From an uncultured Acidobacteriota bacterium (lineage in GTDB: Bacteria > Acidobacteriota > Blastocatellia > RBC074), in assembly GCA_963796275.1 (NCBI GenBank), contig CAWCKY010000001.1, forward strand, positions 1,152,001-1,216,000: DNA of 64,000 bases, written 5' to 3'. The translations under genes and the position numbers were made by a program. The notes under the pieces were generated by a model, which did not search any database, was not told the DNA's origin, and was given only the letters and a program-made list of their open reading frames with translations. Shown in pieces: positions 1 to 9,762 of the stretch; within the stretch, counting starts at the first letter, position 1, and each line of letters begins with the position of its first letter.

Positions 1-1169
1 ATCACCTGGCCGATGCGGCGTTCCCACTCTTCAAACTTCAATGGGCGGTTGTCCAGCGCCGAAGGCAGGCGGAATCCGTATTCGACGAGCGTTTGTTTGC
101 GCGATCGATCGCCGTTATACATTCCGCGAATTTGCGGGACGGACTGATGGCTCTCATCGACTACGATGAGCATGTCTTCGGGGAAATAATCGTAGAGAGT
201 CGGCGGAGGTTCGCCGGGCATTCTGCCGGTCAAATGTCGCGAGTAATTTTCGACGCCTCGGCAGAAGCCGAGCTCGTTGAACATCTCGAGATCGTACATC
301 GTGCGCTGGTGTAATCGCTGCGCTTCGATCAGCTTGCCCTGTTCGATCAATTGCGGCTCCCACCATTCCAGCTCCTCCTTGATCGATTTGACCGCTCGCT
401 TGATCGTCCCCCGCGTCGTGACATAGTGGGTTTTGGGGTAGATCGGCACCCGCGTGGCATGCTTGATCAGGACTTCGCCGAGCAGCGGATCTATCGTCGA
501 AATCGAGTCGATCTCATCGCCAAATAACTCGATGCGGATCGCCTGATCCTGGTAGCTCGGGTAGATTTCGATGACATCGCCCCGGACGCGGAATGTTCCG
601 CGCGTGAAGTTGATGTCATTGCGCTCGTAGAGAAGCTCGACCAGTTTCTTGATTATGTCATCGCGCCGGATGCGCTGGCCCGGTTCGAGGAACATGAGCA
701 TCCCATAATACGCATCCGGATCGCCGATGCCGTAAATAGCAGAGACCGAAGCCACTATGATGACATCGCGCCTTTCGAAGAGGGAGCGAGTCGCCGAAAG
801 GCGCAGCCGATCGATCTCATCGTTGATCGTGGCCTCTTTTTCGATAAAGGTATCGGTGGCGGCGACATATGCCTCGGGCTGGTAATAATCGTAGTAGCTG
901 ACGAAATATTCTACCGCGTTCTGTGGGAAGAAGGATTTGAATTCCTGATAGAGCTGCGCAGCCAGCGTTTTGTTGTGCGCCATGACGAGCACGGGCCGAT
1001 TGACGCGCGCGATGACCGAGGCAATCGAAAAGGTTTTTCCCGACCCCGTAATGCCCAGCAATACCTGGTGCTTCTCAGCATCTTTGAGGCCGCGCACAAG
1101 CGCTTCAATGGCTTCCGGTTGATCGCCTTGCGGCTGATATTCCGAAACGAGTTTGAATTCCTGACTCAT
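1..1169 (-). CDS. uvrB: Excinuclease ABC subunit B, 5' part (runs off the window start)
   Basis: My translation of the minus strand from ATG at 1169 (GGAG RBS upstream) gives [21 protein letters not shown]...[10 protein letters not shown] (Walker A), [28 protein letters not shown] and [23 protein letters not shown], all UvrB hallmarks. It is absent from the ORF track because its stop lies outside the window. Confidence 0.97.
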   Translation of the reverse strand, partial: MSQEFKLVSEYQPQGDQPEAIEALVRGLKDAEKHQVLLGITGSGKTFSIASVIARVNRPVLVMAHNKTLAAQLYQEFKSFFPQNAVEYFVSYYDYYQPEAYVAATDTFIEKEATINDEIDRLRLSATRSLFERRDVIIVASVSAIYGIGDPDAYYGMLMFLEPGQRIRRDDIIKKLVELLYERNDINFTRGTFRVRGDVIEIYPSYQDQAIRIELFGDEIDSISTIDPLLGEVLIKHATRVPIYPKTHYVTTRGTIKRAVKSIKEELEWWEPQLIEQGKLIEAQRLHQRTMYDLEMFNELGFCRGVENYSRHLTGRMPGEPPPTLYDYFPEDMLIVVDESHQSVPQIRGMYNGDRSRKQTLVEYGFRLPSALDNRPLKFEEWERRIGQV

Positions 1170-1458
1170 TATTCTCCATCACAATTTTATATGATCTTTG
1201 AAAAAAATATTCTGATATTCTACTTCTCCTGAACATTGCAGCCGAGTCATTCCGAGAGCAACGGAGCAACAGGGCAACATTGGCAAGCCTGCGTTCTACA
1301 TCCCGGTGGAAAATCAATGATATTGAAATGAGATATTTTGACGACCGAATGCGTCTTGACTCTTGAGGACGGGTTTATTGAGTCCCTGCAAATTTAAACG
1401 CAATGTAATCAACTATTTCATTTTGTTCGTAGGTTCGATTTACGTAAGCCGTCTCCTA

Positions 1459-1550
1459 CAGAGGCGCAGAGAGCGCTGAGGTATCGCAGAAAAGTTAAAA
1501 AACGCTCTCGGTTAACCCTCTGCGCTACCTCAGCACTCTCTGAGCCTCTG
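1459..1550. repeat. REP-like long imperfect inverted repeat (CAGAG-rich)
   Basis: CAGAGGCGCAGAGAGCGCTGAGGTATCGCAGA (1459-1490) pairs with TCTGCGCTACCTCAGCACTCTCTGAGCCTCTG (1519-1550), 29/32 complementary. Confidence 0.8.
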
Positions 1551-1918
1551 CAGGGACCTGGCTTTGTAATCACTGAATTTTTCGAGATTTTGTAATCATT
1601 TAAACCTTTTCCGGTTTTTATTCGCTAAGTGCATTAATTATTGATACCCCCGTATCCCGATCCCCCGCTTTAGAGGTTTTACTGAAACTGTGTAAGTAAA
1701 AGTTGATTGTTCGCAAAAGCTTCTGACCGGCTTCGGAACAATTACATCTTTGATGACAGAGTTCTTCTCACTCTCGGAAGGAGCGTCATCCGAATCGCTG
1801 GACCGCTCCTCCGACTTACGAGATTTGGATGATCGAAGGGCTAGAAATATTCCGTCCCTTTGGCACTCAGGGGAGAATCCATTGATTCCAGCTTTTATTT
1901 GCACTTCAGGTAATTTCA

Positions 1919-2605
1919 ATGAAATACGTGATAGGCAATAAAACCTACCTCGAAAAAAATGCAGAGGTGTCAGCCGCTTTGGATAATGCACACACTATTG
2001 TGTGGCCCGACCAAATAGAAGAAGGGCAAACTGTCTTCATCTTCGGCAATGAGAGCGACCTGCGTGCCTGGGCCCGCTCTGCCCCGTCCCCCCTTGATGA
2101 CCAGATCGAAACAACGAATGAACTGACCAGGAAAGCTCAAGAACTCGAAAACACCTATAACGAACGGTCAGTCTTCTGGCAAAATCTTCTCATCAAGCGA
2201 GTCATGTCCGATATGCAAAGCCTAGCCGAAGAGTTCGGACTGGACCCTTTATCAGAGCATCTCCTCAAAATCGCGTTTGAAGGGGATTCCGTGCTTGAGC
2301 CATCCGTGCTGCGGTCTGCCATCCTTTTTGACCGTGCCGTACACGCCGAATCTAAAAAACACGAATCTGAAACCCAGTGCGAGGGCGCCTGGCGGCCCAT
2401 TCCCGCGGGAGTCGCTTTCCCGAATCTGTCGTGGATTCGTTTTAACGAACGCGCGAATGCGGTGCGCGTCTATGGCGCGCTCACGCTGACGAAAAACCGC
2501 TGGTTCAGAGGGACCAACGTATTCCTGTCAGGTTGGTCTCTACCCTGCAAAACTCTGGCTGATGTGAACTTCGGGAATGCCGCGGCATCTGCGCTCTGTT
2601 TGTAA
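1919..2605 (+). CDS. Hypothetical protein with a possible C-terminal beta/gamma-crystallin-like (SMPI/I36-like) domain
   Basis: 228-aa ORF with natural composition. The C-terminus PNLSWIRFNERANAVRVYG...LADVNFGNAAAS resembles twin Greek-key '(F/W)NDxxSS' motifs. Confidence 0.55.
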   Translation: MKYVIGNKTYLEKNAEVSAALDNAHTIVWPDQIEEGQTVFIFGNESDLRAWARSAPSPLDDQIETTNELTRKAQELENTYNERSVFWQNLLIKRVMSDMQSLAEEFGLDPLSEHLLKIAFEGDSVLEPSVLRSAILFDRAVHAESKKHESETQCEGAWRPIPAGVAFPNLSWIRFNERANAVRVYGALTLTKNRWFRGTNVFLSGWSLPCKTLADVNFGNAAASALCL

Positions 2606-2607
2606 TA

Positions 2608-3603
2608 TCACTTGTTGCTGATAGTGATGGAATAAGCTGCGACCGGGACTTTCTTATCTTTTCGCATACCGAATAACTTGATGTTATATGATCCGCCGGA
2701 GAAAAATTGGCGCGGGAGAGTCAGATTCAATTTGTTGGGCTGGCTTCTGCTCGCACTATTTCCTCGCCACACAAGGCTACCCTGTTGGTCGAAAATTTCC
2801 ACCGCGAAGATGGAATATTGCTGCCGGTCGTTGTAGTTAAGAATCAGCGTGAGAAGATTGGCAGTCCTCGGTATTTCGATCGGCATGGCTGTTTCTATTG
2901 TTCCTCCGCGAATCATATCGAGGTCGACAATAGGAATCTCGAGCTGAGGGTTTTCCAGAACGTCAATTATCTTGCGAAGCCGAGTTATCTCTTCTTCGTA
3001 TTGTTTCGAGTTGGTAGCTGCTAATGCCTGATCGCGGCGACGGATTGCATCTTCGAGTTGCTGCCGGGAATCATCGAGCGCCTTGTTTGCCGAATTCAGG
3101 GCCAGGTCACGTTCGGCCAGTTCTTTATTCAAGCTTGTGATCCTGCCGTTGTCCTCCAGCCGATCCGATATCAGCAAGCCGCCGAGAGCGAATACGAGCA
3201 GCAACAACAAGCGGAACGCCAGTGCGCTGGGCATACGTCCAGGCCGCCATATATCGGCGACCCGTCGCCAGAACGCGGGCGGATGGGCAATTCCTTTCTG
3301 CACGCTATGCAACGCGGACCTTCTGGCGGCTGAATCAGGAGGCGAAACTTGCTCGGCGGAGGCAGAAAAAGCCTGCCCGGTTTCCACCGCCCACGGTTTC
3401 AGCGCTCGCACGACCTGAAATTCCCATGTGCAATCGGAACACGACGAAAGATGATCGGCCACTCGCCCGCGTTCCTCCTCGCACAGCTCTTCCATCGCCG
3501 TACGCAACATCGTCTCTGGCGATAGACAATCTTTGCGCCCTTCGACCGACCTTGCAGTTCCTTCCTGGTAGAGCGATTTCAGGTCTTCGCTAGTCACCTT
3601 CAT
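2608..3603 (-). CDS. Zinc-finger (zf-HC2) transmembrane anti-sigma factor
   Basis: HLSSCSDC (HxxxCxxC) near the N-terminus, one TM helix (LLLLLVFALGGLLI), a coiled coil and a C-terminal beta-rich domain. It overlaps the upstream ECF gene. Confidence 0.85.
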   Translation of the reverse strand: MKVTSEDLKSLYQEGTARSVEGRKDCLSPETMLRTAMEELCEEERGRVADHLSSCSDCTWEFQVVRALKPWAVETGQAFSASAEQVSPPDSAARRSALHSVQKGIAHPPAFWRRVADIWRPGRMPSALAFRLLLLLVFALGGLLISDRLEDNGRITSLNKELAERDLALNSANKALDDSRQQLEDAIRRRDQALAATNSKQYEEEITRLRKIIDVLENPQLEIPIVDLDMIRGGTIETAMPIEIPRTANLLTLILNYNDRQQYSIFAVEIFDQQGSLVWRGNSASRSQPNKLNLTLPRQFFSGGSYNIKLFGMRKDKKVPVAAYSITISNK

Positions 3604-4243
3604 ATACCACCCCTTCGGCCCGAAGCTGCTCCCGCAAATCCTGCAGTCCGCGATAGACCAGATTGCGCGCCTTCGACTCGGTCCATCCGAGTAGTTCGCC
3701 GATCTCCTGTTTCGTCAAACCCTCCAGATGCAACCTTACGGCGCGGCGCCTATTCTCGGGTAAGCGGGCGAGCGCAGCTTCGACCTTGCGCAATATTAGC
3801 CGGCGCTCGGTCAGCAGGTCGGGGTAATGTTCGGGGCCAGCCACCAGCCGGTGAGATTCGCCCGGGTCCAATTCATCTTCTTCGGCTAAGAGTAACTGGT
3901 CTTCGCGCTTGGATTTGACTCGCCGGATGGCATCGAGCGTCGTCGTCACTGCGATTCTATAGAGATAAGACGTCAGATTCTGAATCTCCCTCTCACTTCG
4001 CAGTGCGCGCCAGAGTCTTAACCGTGCCTCCTGCTCGATGTCGCTGAATTGGAGGCCCAGGTTTTTCGGACAAAATTGGATGATGGCCTGGCGCAGGAAT
4101 CGCCCGTATTCCTCGATAACAGCATTAAATCGGGCTTCCACTTCCGTGATAGAAGAGCTATCCGACATATCTTTTTTATGTTGTTGTGAGAAATCGCTGT
4201 CTTTCTGCGCCATGACTATTGAGATCGGAGTGTAAAACGGCAA
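3590..4243 (-). CDS. ECF (sigma-70 group 4) RNA polymerase sigma factor
   Basis: Region 2 DIEQEARLRLW...SYLYRIAVTTTLDAIRR and region 4 LPENRRRAVRLHLEGLTKQEIGELLG...RGLQDLR. The true start may be the ATG at 4213 or later. Confidence 0.93.
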   Translation of the reverse strand: MPFYTPISIVMAQKDSDFSQQHKKDMSDSSSITEVEARFNAVIEEYGRFLRQAIIQFCPKNLGLQFSDIEQEARLRLWRALRSEREIQNLTSYLYRIAVTTTLDAIRRVKSKREDQLLLAEEDELDPGESHRLVAGPEHYPDLLTERRLILRKVEAALARLPENRRRAVRLHLEGLTKQEIGELLGWTESKARNLVYRGLQDLREQLRAEGVVYEGD

Positions 4244-4521
4244 CGGGATGAAGTAAACCTCTAACTACACGGTAAAAAACTTATCTGACATTAACTAGAA
4301 TTACTGAATTTTTCATCAACGGCCCTTACTCAATCTCCGTTCGTCACCTGGTCTTCGTTTAGCCGAACAGACAAAATCACCCGAGCTCCTTTCCCAGAAT
4401 CTCGCTTCCTTGTCTTGAACATATCCCTGCCATAGAATGAAGCACTATGTGAGCCTTCTGAATCAATATCAACAATTCACCTCAGCACGGAAGATACAAC
4501 GGAAGATTCATTCGATGAAGC

Positions 4522-4797
4522 TTGGATGTCCATCTTCCGATCAGGAAAGTTGGGAATTCAGAAAGAGTATGGAGCCAGCCTATGTACACTTCAGCCAGAT
4601 ACTTATTCGAGTTCGGTCCTTACCGTATCGACACAAGTGTGCGGCGGCTCTACCGCAATTGCCAGATCGTACCTCTGACGGCCAAGGTCTTCGATATACT
4701 TGAAGTATTTGTACAAACAGCGGTAGCACACGCTCACAAAGAAGAACTGATTGAACAGGTTTGGCCAGAACAGTTTGTCGAGGAGGATATGAAATGA
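4522..4797 (+). pseudogene. Truncated OmpR/PhoB-type (CadC-like) winged-helix regulator fragment
   Basis: YLFEFGPYRID...VPLTAKVFDILEVFV...KEELIEQVWPEQFVEE, then a stop before the expected NL..I..LRK recognition helix. The TGA overlaps the AraC ATG. Confidence 0.7.
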
Positions 4798-5792
4798 CAG
4801 AAAAGATGGGAATATCGCTCGCTGCAGATCGGGATGATGTATCAACAGTCGAAAACCGGACAGAGGCCCAGACTTTGCCGTCGCACCTCCCACCGATGCT
4901 GAACGCATTGGAATCCATACGCTTAACTCCGATGGCCAAAAGATTCGATATCGGAGAATTGCTATTCGCGCAGTTTTCCTGTCCGGCATTGGAGCCTGTC
5001 GGAATCTGGACGCAAACGGATTACCTGATTCACGTGCTCAGCGGGGTAATGACCTGGAAAGATTCCACCGGAACGTGGTCGGCCGAACGCGGGCAGACCG
5101 TGTACTACAAGAAAGGTGTAAAAATTACTCCCGGTCATTCCGGAGACGACATCTGCCTGCAAGTGTTTTTCATTCCGGATGCGTTCGTTCGGAAGACGGT
5201 CCTGGAGTTGGCCGCAGATTTACCCCCGCTATCTGCGTTGCCCTCGCTGCCCTCGGGCTCAGAGCCGGGCGGCACGCGCAAGATGTCGATACGCGTTAAT
5301 AACGACACGGCCTTGTCAGCATTTTTCCACGCGATGACCATCTATTTTGCGGGGGACGAAAAACCGCCGGAAGCTCTGTTGAAGTTGAAACTCAAAGAGT
5401 TGCTCACCAGCATTCTGGTGGGTGAGAGCAACCAGCCGTTATCCGCCTACTTCCGATCGCTGGCCGCCAGCGATGCGCCCTCGATCGCGGAGATAATGGA
5501 GATGAATTTCTGCCACAACCTGTCGATCGATGCCTTCGCGCAGATGTGCCACCGCAGCCTCTCTTCATTCAAGCGGGACTTTCGCCGGCACTACGGCACT
5601 ACCCCCGGAAAGTGGCTGCTCGAACGTCGCCTGGAGCATTCCGCCTCCCTGTTGCGGACCACTTGTATAAGCATCACTGAGATCATGTTCGAATGCGGAT
5701 TTGAAGATCCGTCGCATTTCAGCCGTACGTTTAAGGAGAGGTTCGGCCAATCTCCTAGTGCGGTTCGCGAGGCAGCAGGTTTATCCCTCTGA
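4794..5792 (+). CDS. AraC family transcriptional regulator (ExsA-like N-terminal cupin)
   Basis: C-terminal double HTH LSIDAFAQMCHRSLSSFKRDF...ITEIMFECGFEDPSHFSRTFKERFG. AGGAGG RBS at 4781-4786 precedes the ATG at 4794. Confidence 0.95.
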   Translation: MTEKMGISLAADRDDVSTVENRTEAQTLPSHLPPMLNALESIRLTPMAKRFDIGELLFAQFSCPALEPVGIWTQTDYLIHVLSGVMTWKDSTGTWSAERGQTVYYKKGVKITPGHSGDDICLQVFFIPDAFVRKTVLELAADLPPLSALPSLPSGSEPGGTRKMSIRVNNDTALSAFFHAMTIYFAGDEKPPEALLKLKLKELLTSILVGESNQPLSAYFRSLAASDAPSIAEIMEMNFCHNLSIDAFAQMCHRSLSSFKRDFRRHYGTTPGKWLLERRLEHSASLLRTTCISITEIMFECGFEDPSHFSRTFKERFGQSPSAVREAAGLSL

Positions 5793-5842
5793 TGCAAATC
5801 CAATAAGACGCAAGAGCCGGGCTATTGTCAGAATGGAGTCCC

Positions 5843-5878
5843 GGACGTTTCAGCCAAATCTTTGAACCTCTCAGCCAA
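5843..5878 (+). promoter_or_regulatory. Putative AraC-family operator (tandem direct repeat)
   Basis: GGACGTTTCAGCCAA (5843-5857) and GAACCTCTCAGCCAA (5864-5878), with a 21-bp period, lie between the AraC gene and the monooxygenase gene. Confidence 0.5.
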
Positions 5879-6052
5879 GCGCCCGCGCGAACCTTTTGGT
5901 ATTCATGTCAGGGTGAAGACAAATGCGATCGTCATAACTTTCCCCGATTGCGCCCTAGTATCGATTTGCTCGAGAACGCGCATCGAGCCTGTCTGTATCC
6001 GCATGCCTGACCGTGCAGCCCTGAGAACGTATAAGAACGAGGGAGGGAGCGC

Positions 6053-7201
6053 ATGAACCAGATCGTGACCGTAGCAGAAAGCCTGATCCCGCTGATCAGA
6101 GAGCTGCGCCATAAGACCGAAAATGATCGGCGTATCGCAGACCCGATAGTTCAAGCTCTCCGTAAGACCGGTCTTTGCCGGATACTCCTCGATACTGGCG
6201 CAACCCCGAAATACAAACCGGTAGAGTGGTTGCGGGTCCTCGAGATATTAGCGGGCGCCGAAGCGTCGGTGGCCTGGTTCATATGGAATAACACATTGTC
6301 CTGTTTTTGGGTCCGCTTTCTTGATGATGCGGGGCGGGCTCGGTTGTTCGGCGATCCCCATCGTTTGTTCGCGGGTTCCACACGACCGACGGGAAAGGCC
6401 GTGTTGACGCCCGGCGGGTTCCGACTGACTGGCCGCTGGTCTCTCGTTTCTGGCTGCGAACTTGCCGATTATCTCAGTCTCATGAGCCTGGTGCACGAAG
6501 ATGGCGTGCCAGTTATGCTCGCACCAGGTCATCCCGACATACGTGTCCTTTTCGTGCCCAAGGGGCGCTACACGATCCTCGATACCTGGCATGTCGGAGG
6601 CTTACGAGGTTCCGGTAGCCATGACATCGTCGTAGACGACCTTTTCGTGCCCATTGAAGACTCGTTCACTCCCTCTCCTCCATTGGCGAGCAACTCCCCG
6701 CTGGCCCAGCTGCCCATAATATCAATGATGATTGCTGGCCTCGGCGCCCAGTTCCTGGGTATGGCGCGCGCGGCAATCGCAGCCGCGATCGAGGTGCTAC
6801 GTATCAAGGTAACGGTCGATCCTGGTTCATCGATTCGCGAGAGACCGAGTGTGCTCGCCGAAATCGCGTCGTATAGCGCTGCGGTCGCCGCCGCAAAGAA
6901 CCATTTGCATGCGAGCACGGAAGCCATCTGGGACAAGGTCAAACATCAGTTGCCGGATGCCGGCGACCGTGCGTCACTGTACAGCGCCGCATTACACGCG
7001 GCCAGCGTCGCGCGGGCAGCTGTCGTGGCTATGCACGCGGCCGCTGGGACGACTGCGCTATACATTGACTGCCCGCTGGAACGGTGCATGCGCGATCTGC
7101 AAACGATGGAGAGACATATTGCGGCGCAACCGGTCTGGTTAGAGGACTCGGGGAGAGTGCTTTTGGGCGATGAGCCAATCAATCCATTATTTATGATTTG
7201 A
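6053..7201 (+). CDS. Acyl-CoA-dehydrogenase-fold flavin-dependent monooxygenase (HsaA/indole-oxygenase-like)
   Basis: GGFRLTGRWSLVSGC, DTWHVGGLRGSGSHD and PLERCMRD motifs. GGAGGG RBS upstream. Confidence 0.88.
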   Translation: MNQIVTVAESLIPLIRELRHKTENDRRIADPIVQALRKTGLCRILLDTGATPKYKPVEWLRVLEILAGAEASVAWFIWNNTLSCFWVRFLDDAGRARLFGDPHRLFAGSTRPTGKAVLTPGGFRLTGRWSLVSGCELADYLSLMSLVHEDGVPVMLAPGHPDIRVLFVPKGRYTILDTWHVGGLRGSGSHDIVVDDLFVPIEDSFTPSPPLASNSPLAQLPIISMMIAGLGAQFLGMARAAIAAAIEVLRIKVTVDPGSSIRERPSVLAEIASYSAAVAAAKNHLHASTEAIWDKVKHQLPDAGDRASLYSAALHAASVARAAVVAMHAAAGTTALYIDCPLERCMRDLQTMERHIAAQPVWLEDSGRVLLGDEPINPLFMI

Positions 7202-7282
7202 GAATAATAGAATTGTCATAGATGGCTTTGCCGGTTCGCCATGGAAGAAGGAAGCCAGCCAGGAATAGTGCGTGGGCAAGTC

Positions 7283-7307
7283 TACGGACGCCGCGGTCTC
7301 GTCCGTA
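7283..7307. terminator. Hairpin between convergent genes
   Basis: TACGGACG-ccgcggtct-CGTCCGTA, an 8-bp stem with no clear U-tract. Confidence 0.35.
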
Positions 7308-7312
7308 AGCCT

Positions 7313-9322
7313 TCAGGGACGTTTAGAAGCGGCCTCAGCTTTAGGCAGCGCAAACGCTACCAGATGATCGCCGCGCTTGGTGGGTAAACGTCCGTGACCG
7401 CCAGCGGCGATAACGACATATTGCCTGCCCCCCGCTTCGTAGGTCATGGGAGTGGCCTGACCTCCTGCAGGCAACTCTCCCTTCCATAACTCTTCGCCGT
7501 TTTCCACATTGAAGGCGCGCAAGAAACTGTCGCGCGCTGCTCCGATGAAAATCAGACCGCCCGCCGTCACGATAGAGCCGCCGAGATTGATCGATCCCCA
7601 TTTTGTGGATTCCGGTATGTGGGCGAGCTCCGGCATCGTGCCGAGCGGTACTTCCCAGCGCACCTGTCCACTCACCATGTCGACTGCGACGAGGGTGCCC
7701 CAGGGCGGCTGTGTGCATGGCACGAGAAGCGGAAAGGTTTTTAAAATCACCTCGCGTTTCATGAGGTATGGCGTGCCCGTTTGCGGAGCCAGTTCGCCCA
7801 GCGGGCCGGTGCGTAATTTGGCGATTTGTTCAGAGGTTAGATCTTTTCGCGGTATTAGCGTCACAGCTCTCGGCACCCGATTGGTATTGGTGATAAGCAA
7901 TCCCCGCTTCTGGTCGAAAGAGACTCCGGACCAGTTCATCCCGCCTACATCGCCCGGATAGACGAGGGTGCCCTGTAGACTGGGGGGCGTGAAAAGGCCG
8001 TCATTTCTCAAAGCGGCAATCTGATCGCGGCAATATTTTTTGTCTTCAGGCGTCAGGCCGAATGCCTCGTCAGGTCGGAGTGACTGGGGAGAGAGCGCGC
8101 GCGGCAAAACCGGAATGGGTTGAGTCGGTGAAAGCTGCTCGCCATCGACTCCTCCTTGTGGTACAGGCCGCTCTTGCACGGGGAAAATCGGTTTGCCCGT
8201 CTCCCGGTGGAGAAGGAACAGATGACCGACCTTTGTCGCGACGGCAACGGCGGGGATCTCACGGCCATTGCGGCGAACCGTGATCAAGGCAGGCTGCGCG
8301 GGTACGTCGTAGTCCCAGACATCGTGATGGACTGTCTGGAAATGCCAGACGACCTGGCCAGTCGTTCCGCGCAGCGCGACTATGGAACTGGCGTAAAAAT
8401 CGCTGCCGCGGCGTTCGCCACCGTAATAATCGGGGCTGGTATTGCCGGTCGGCAGGAAAACCAGGTCGCGCGTTTCGTCGACTGAGATGATCGACCAGAC
8501 ATTGGGCGTACCGAGCTGATAACCGTTTTCACTCTTATCTTTCTTTTGAAAACCGGGAGGAATCGGATCCCAGCTCCACCGCAGTTCGCCGGAGCGAACG
8601 TCATAGGCTCGGACGACTCCGCTGGGGGCGGAGACCCGATTGTTGTCGCCGATCGCCGCGCCAACTATGACGAGATCTTTGATGATCGCGGGCGGCGAAG
8701 TCACTTGATACTCGCCTGAATCGCGTTCGTTTATACCAACACCGGGTTTCAGGTCGACCTCCCCGCCCCGGCCGAACTCCGCACATGGTTTTCCATCGAG
8801 CGCATCCAGCGCTATCAGACGTGAATCGTTCGTTCCCATCAGGATGCGGCGGCGGCGGCAGGAATGCCCCGCTTGCCCCGGCTTCAATCGCGGATCGAGC
8901 CACGTCGAAAGACCCCGTGAGTTAAGTTGATTGTGATAGCCGCGTTTGAGATCGATCTTCGGATCGTAAGACCAGCGCTCTTTACCGGTCACCGGATCGA
9001 GCGCAATCACACGGTTGAACGGGGAAACGGCGTATAGCGTTCCATCCACGAAGATCGGCGTGCATTGGAAAGCGCTCGATGAACGGGCGTTTTTGCCATC
9101 GGAAAGATCTCCGGTGCGGTAGGTCCATGCGACCTCGAGCCGCTTTACGTTCGCGCGGTTGATTTGCGAGAGCGGTGAATATCGCGAGCCTCCGGAATCG
9201 CGGCCATACGAACTCCATTCACCTCGCTGGGTAGACGATCCATCCGCTGCCAGAACGAGAGCAATGAAAACTCCGATAATGGCTGAGCGAGCGTAAACTC
9301 GGATTTTCATTTTCTCTTTCAA
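7313..9322 (-). CDS. PQQ-dependent dehydrogenase (glucose/quinate family), secreted
   Basis: Signal peptide, WSSYGRDSGGSRYSPLSQIN, HHDVWDYD, GGMNW, PPWG and PAGGQATPMTY motifs. Confidence 0.93.
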   Translation of the reverse strand: MKEKMKIRVYARSAIIGVFIALVLAADGSSTQRGEWSSYGRDSGGSRYSPLSQINRANVKRLEVAWTYRTGDLSDGKNARSSSAFQCTPIFVDGTLYAVSPFNRVIALDPVTGKERWSYDPKIDLKRGYHNQLNSRGLSTWLDPRLKPGQAGHSCRRRRILMGTNDSRLIALDALDGKPCAEFGRGGEVDLKPGVGINERDSGEYQVTSPPAIIKDLVIVGAAIGDNNRVSAPSGVVRAYDVRSGELRWSWDPIPPGFQKKDKSENGYQLGTPNVWSIISVDETRDLVFLPTGNTSPDYYGGERRGSDFYASSIVALRGTTGQVVWHFQTVHHDVWDYDVPAQPALITVRRNGREIPAVAVATKVGHLFLLHRETGKPIFPVQERPVPQGGVDGEQLSPTQPIPVLPRALSPQSLRPDEAFGLTPEDKKYCRDQIAALRNDGLFTPPSLQGTLVYPGDVGGMNWSGVSFDQKRGLLITNTNRVPRAVTLIPRKDLTSEQIAKLRTGPLGELAPQTGTPYLMKREVILKTFPLLVPCTQPPWGTLVAVDMVSGQVRWEVPLGTMPELAHIPESTKWGSINLGGSIVTAGGLIFIGAARDSFLRAFNVENGEELWKGELPAGGQATPMTYEAGGRQYVVIAAGGHGRLPTKRGDHLVAFALPKAEAASKRP

Positions 9323-9447
9323 TATCTCATCTCCGGATTATTCAGCACAAAATGAGATCGAAAAACACAAAAGAAGTAAGGCTGTTGAAACAGACGCCTT
9401 TCTCCTTTTGGCTTCGGAAATCGAGACAAGTTCCACCGATATTCAGA

Positions 9448-9652
9448 GGATGGCGGAGCCTTTGGAGTGCGGTAGCTTGGCTTGGTACCGCTTTGGTAGT
9501 CAATTCCGCGACTCAGGCTGTCGCTTAAACTCATCCAGTGGCCTACCAAACTAACCGATGATTGAGGATTGCTCAGTTGTCCATGAGACAGCCAATAAGC
9601 AATGGACTACTAAAGCGGTACCGAGTACCGCACTCCAAACGCTCCGCCATCC
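9448..9652. repeat. REP doublet (TTTGGAGTGCGG...CCGCACTCCAAA type) forming a long inverted repeat
   Basis: GGATGGCGGAGCCTTTGGAGTGCGGTAGC...GGTACCGCTTTGGTAGTC (9448-9501) is complementary to GACTACTAAAGCGGTACC...TACCGCACTCCAAACGCTCCGCCATCC (9605-9652). Confidence 0.8.
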
Positions 9653-9762
9653 CAGCGCGGTACACAGATCAAATAAGCGAATTTCCAAGGAAATTTCGAG
9701 AATTTTGTGACACAGTAGCAATATTCCTAACCAACTATCCCGTTTATCTTCAATTATTATTA

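Noticed and set aside
93-1317. Short ORFs over the first 1.3 kb
   Set aside because: Alternative frames or antisense of uvrB.
1425-1436. GTTC-gtag-GTTC as a LexA box upstream of uvrB
   Set aside because: The spacing is N4 rather than the GTTC-N7-GTTC I would expect, and it lies about 250 bp from the start codon.
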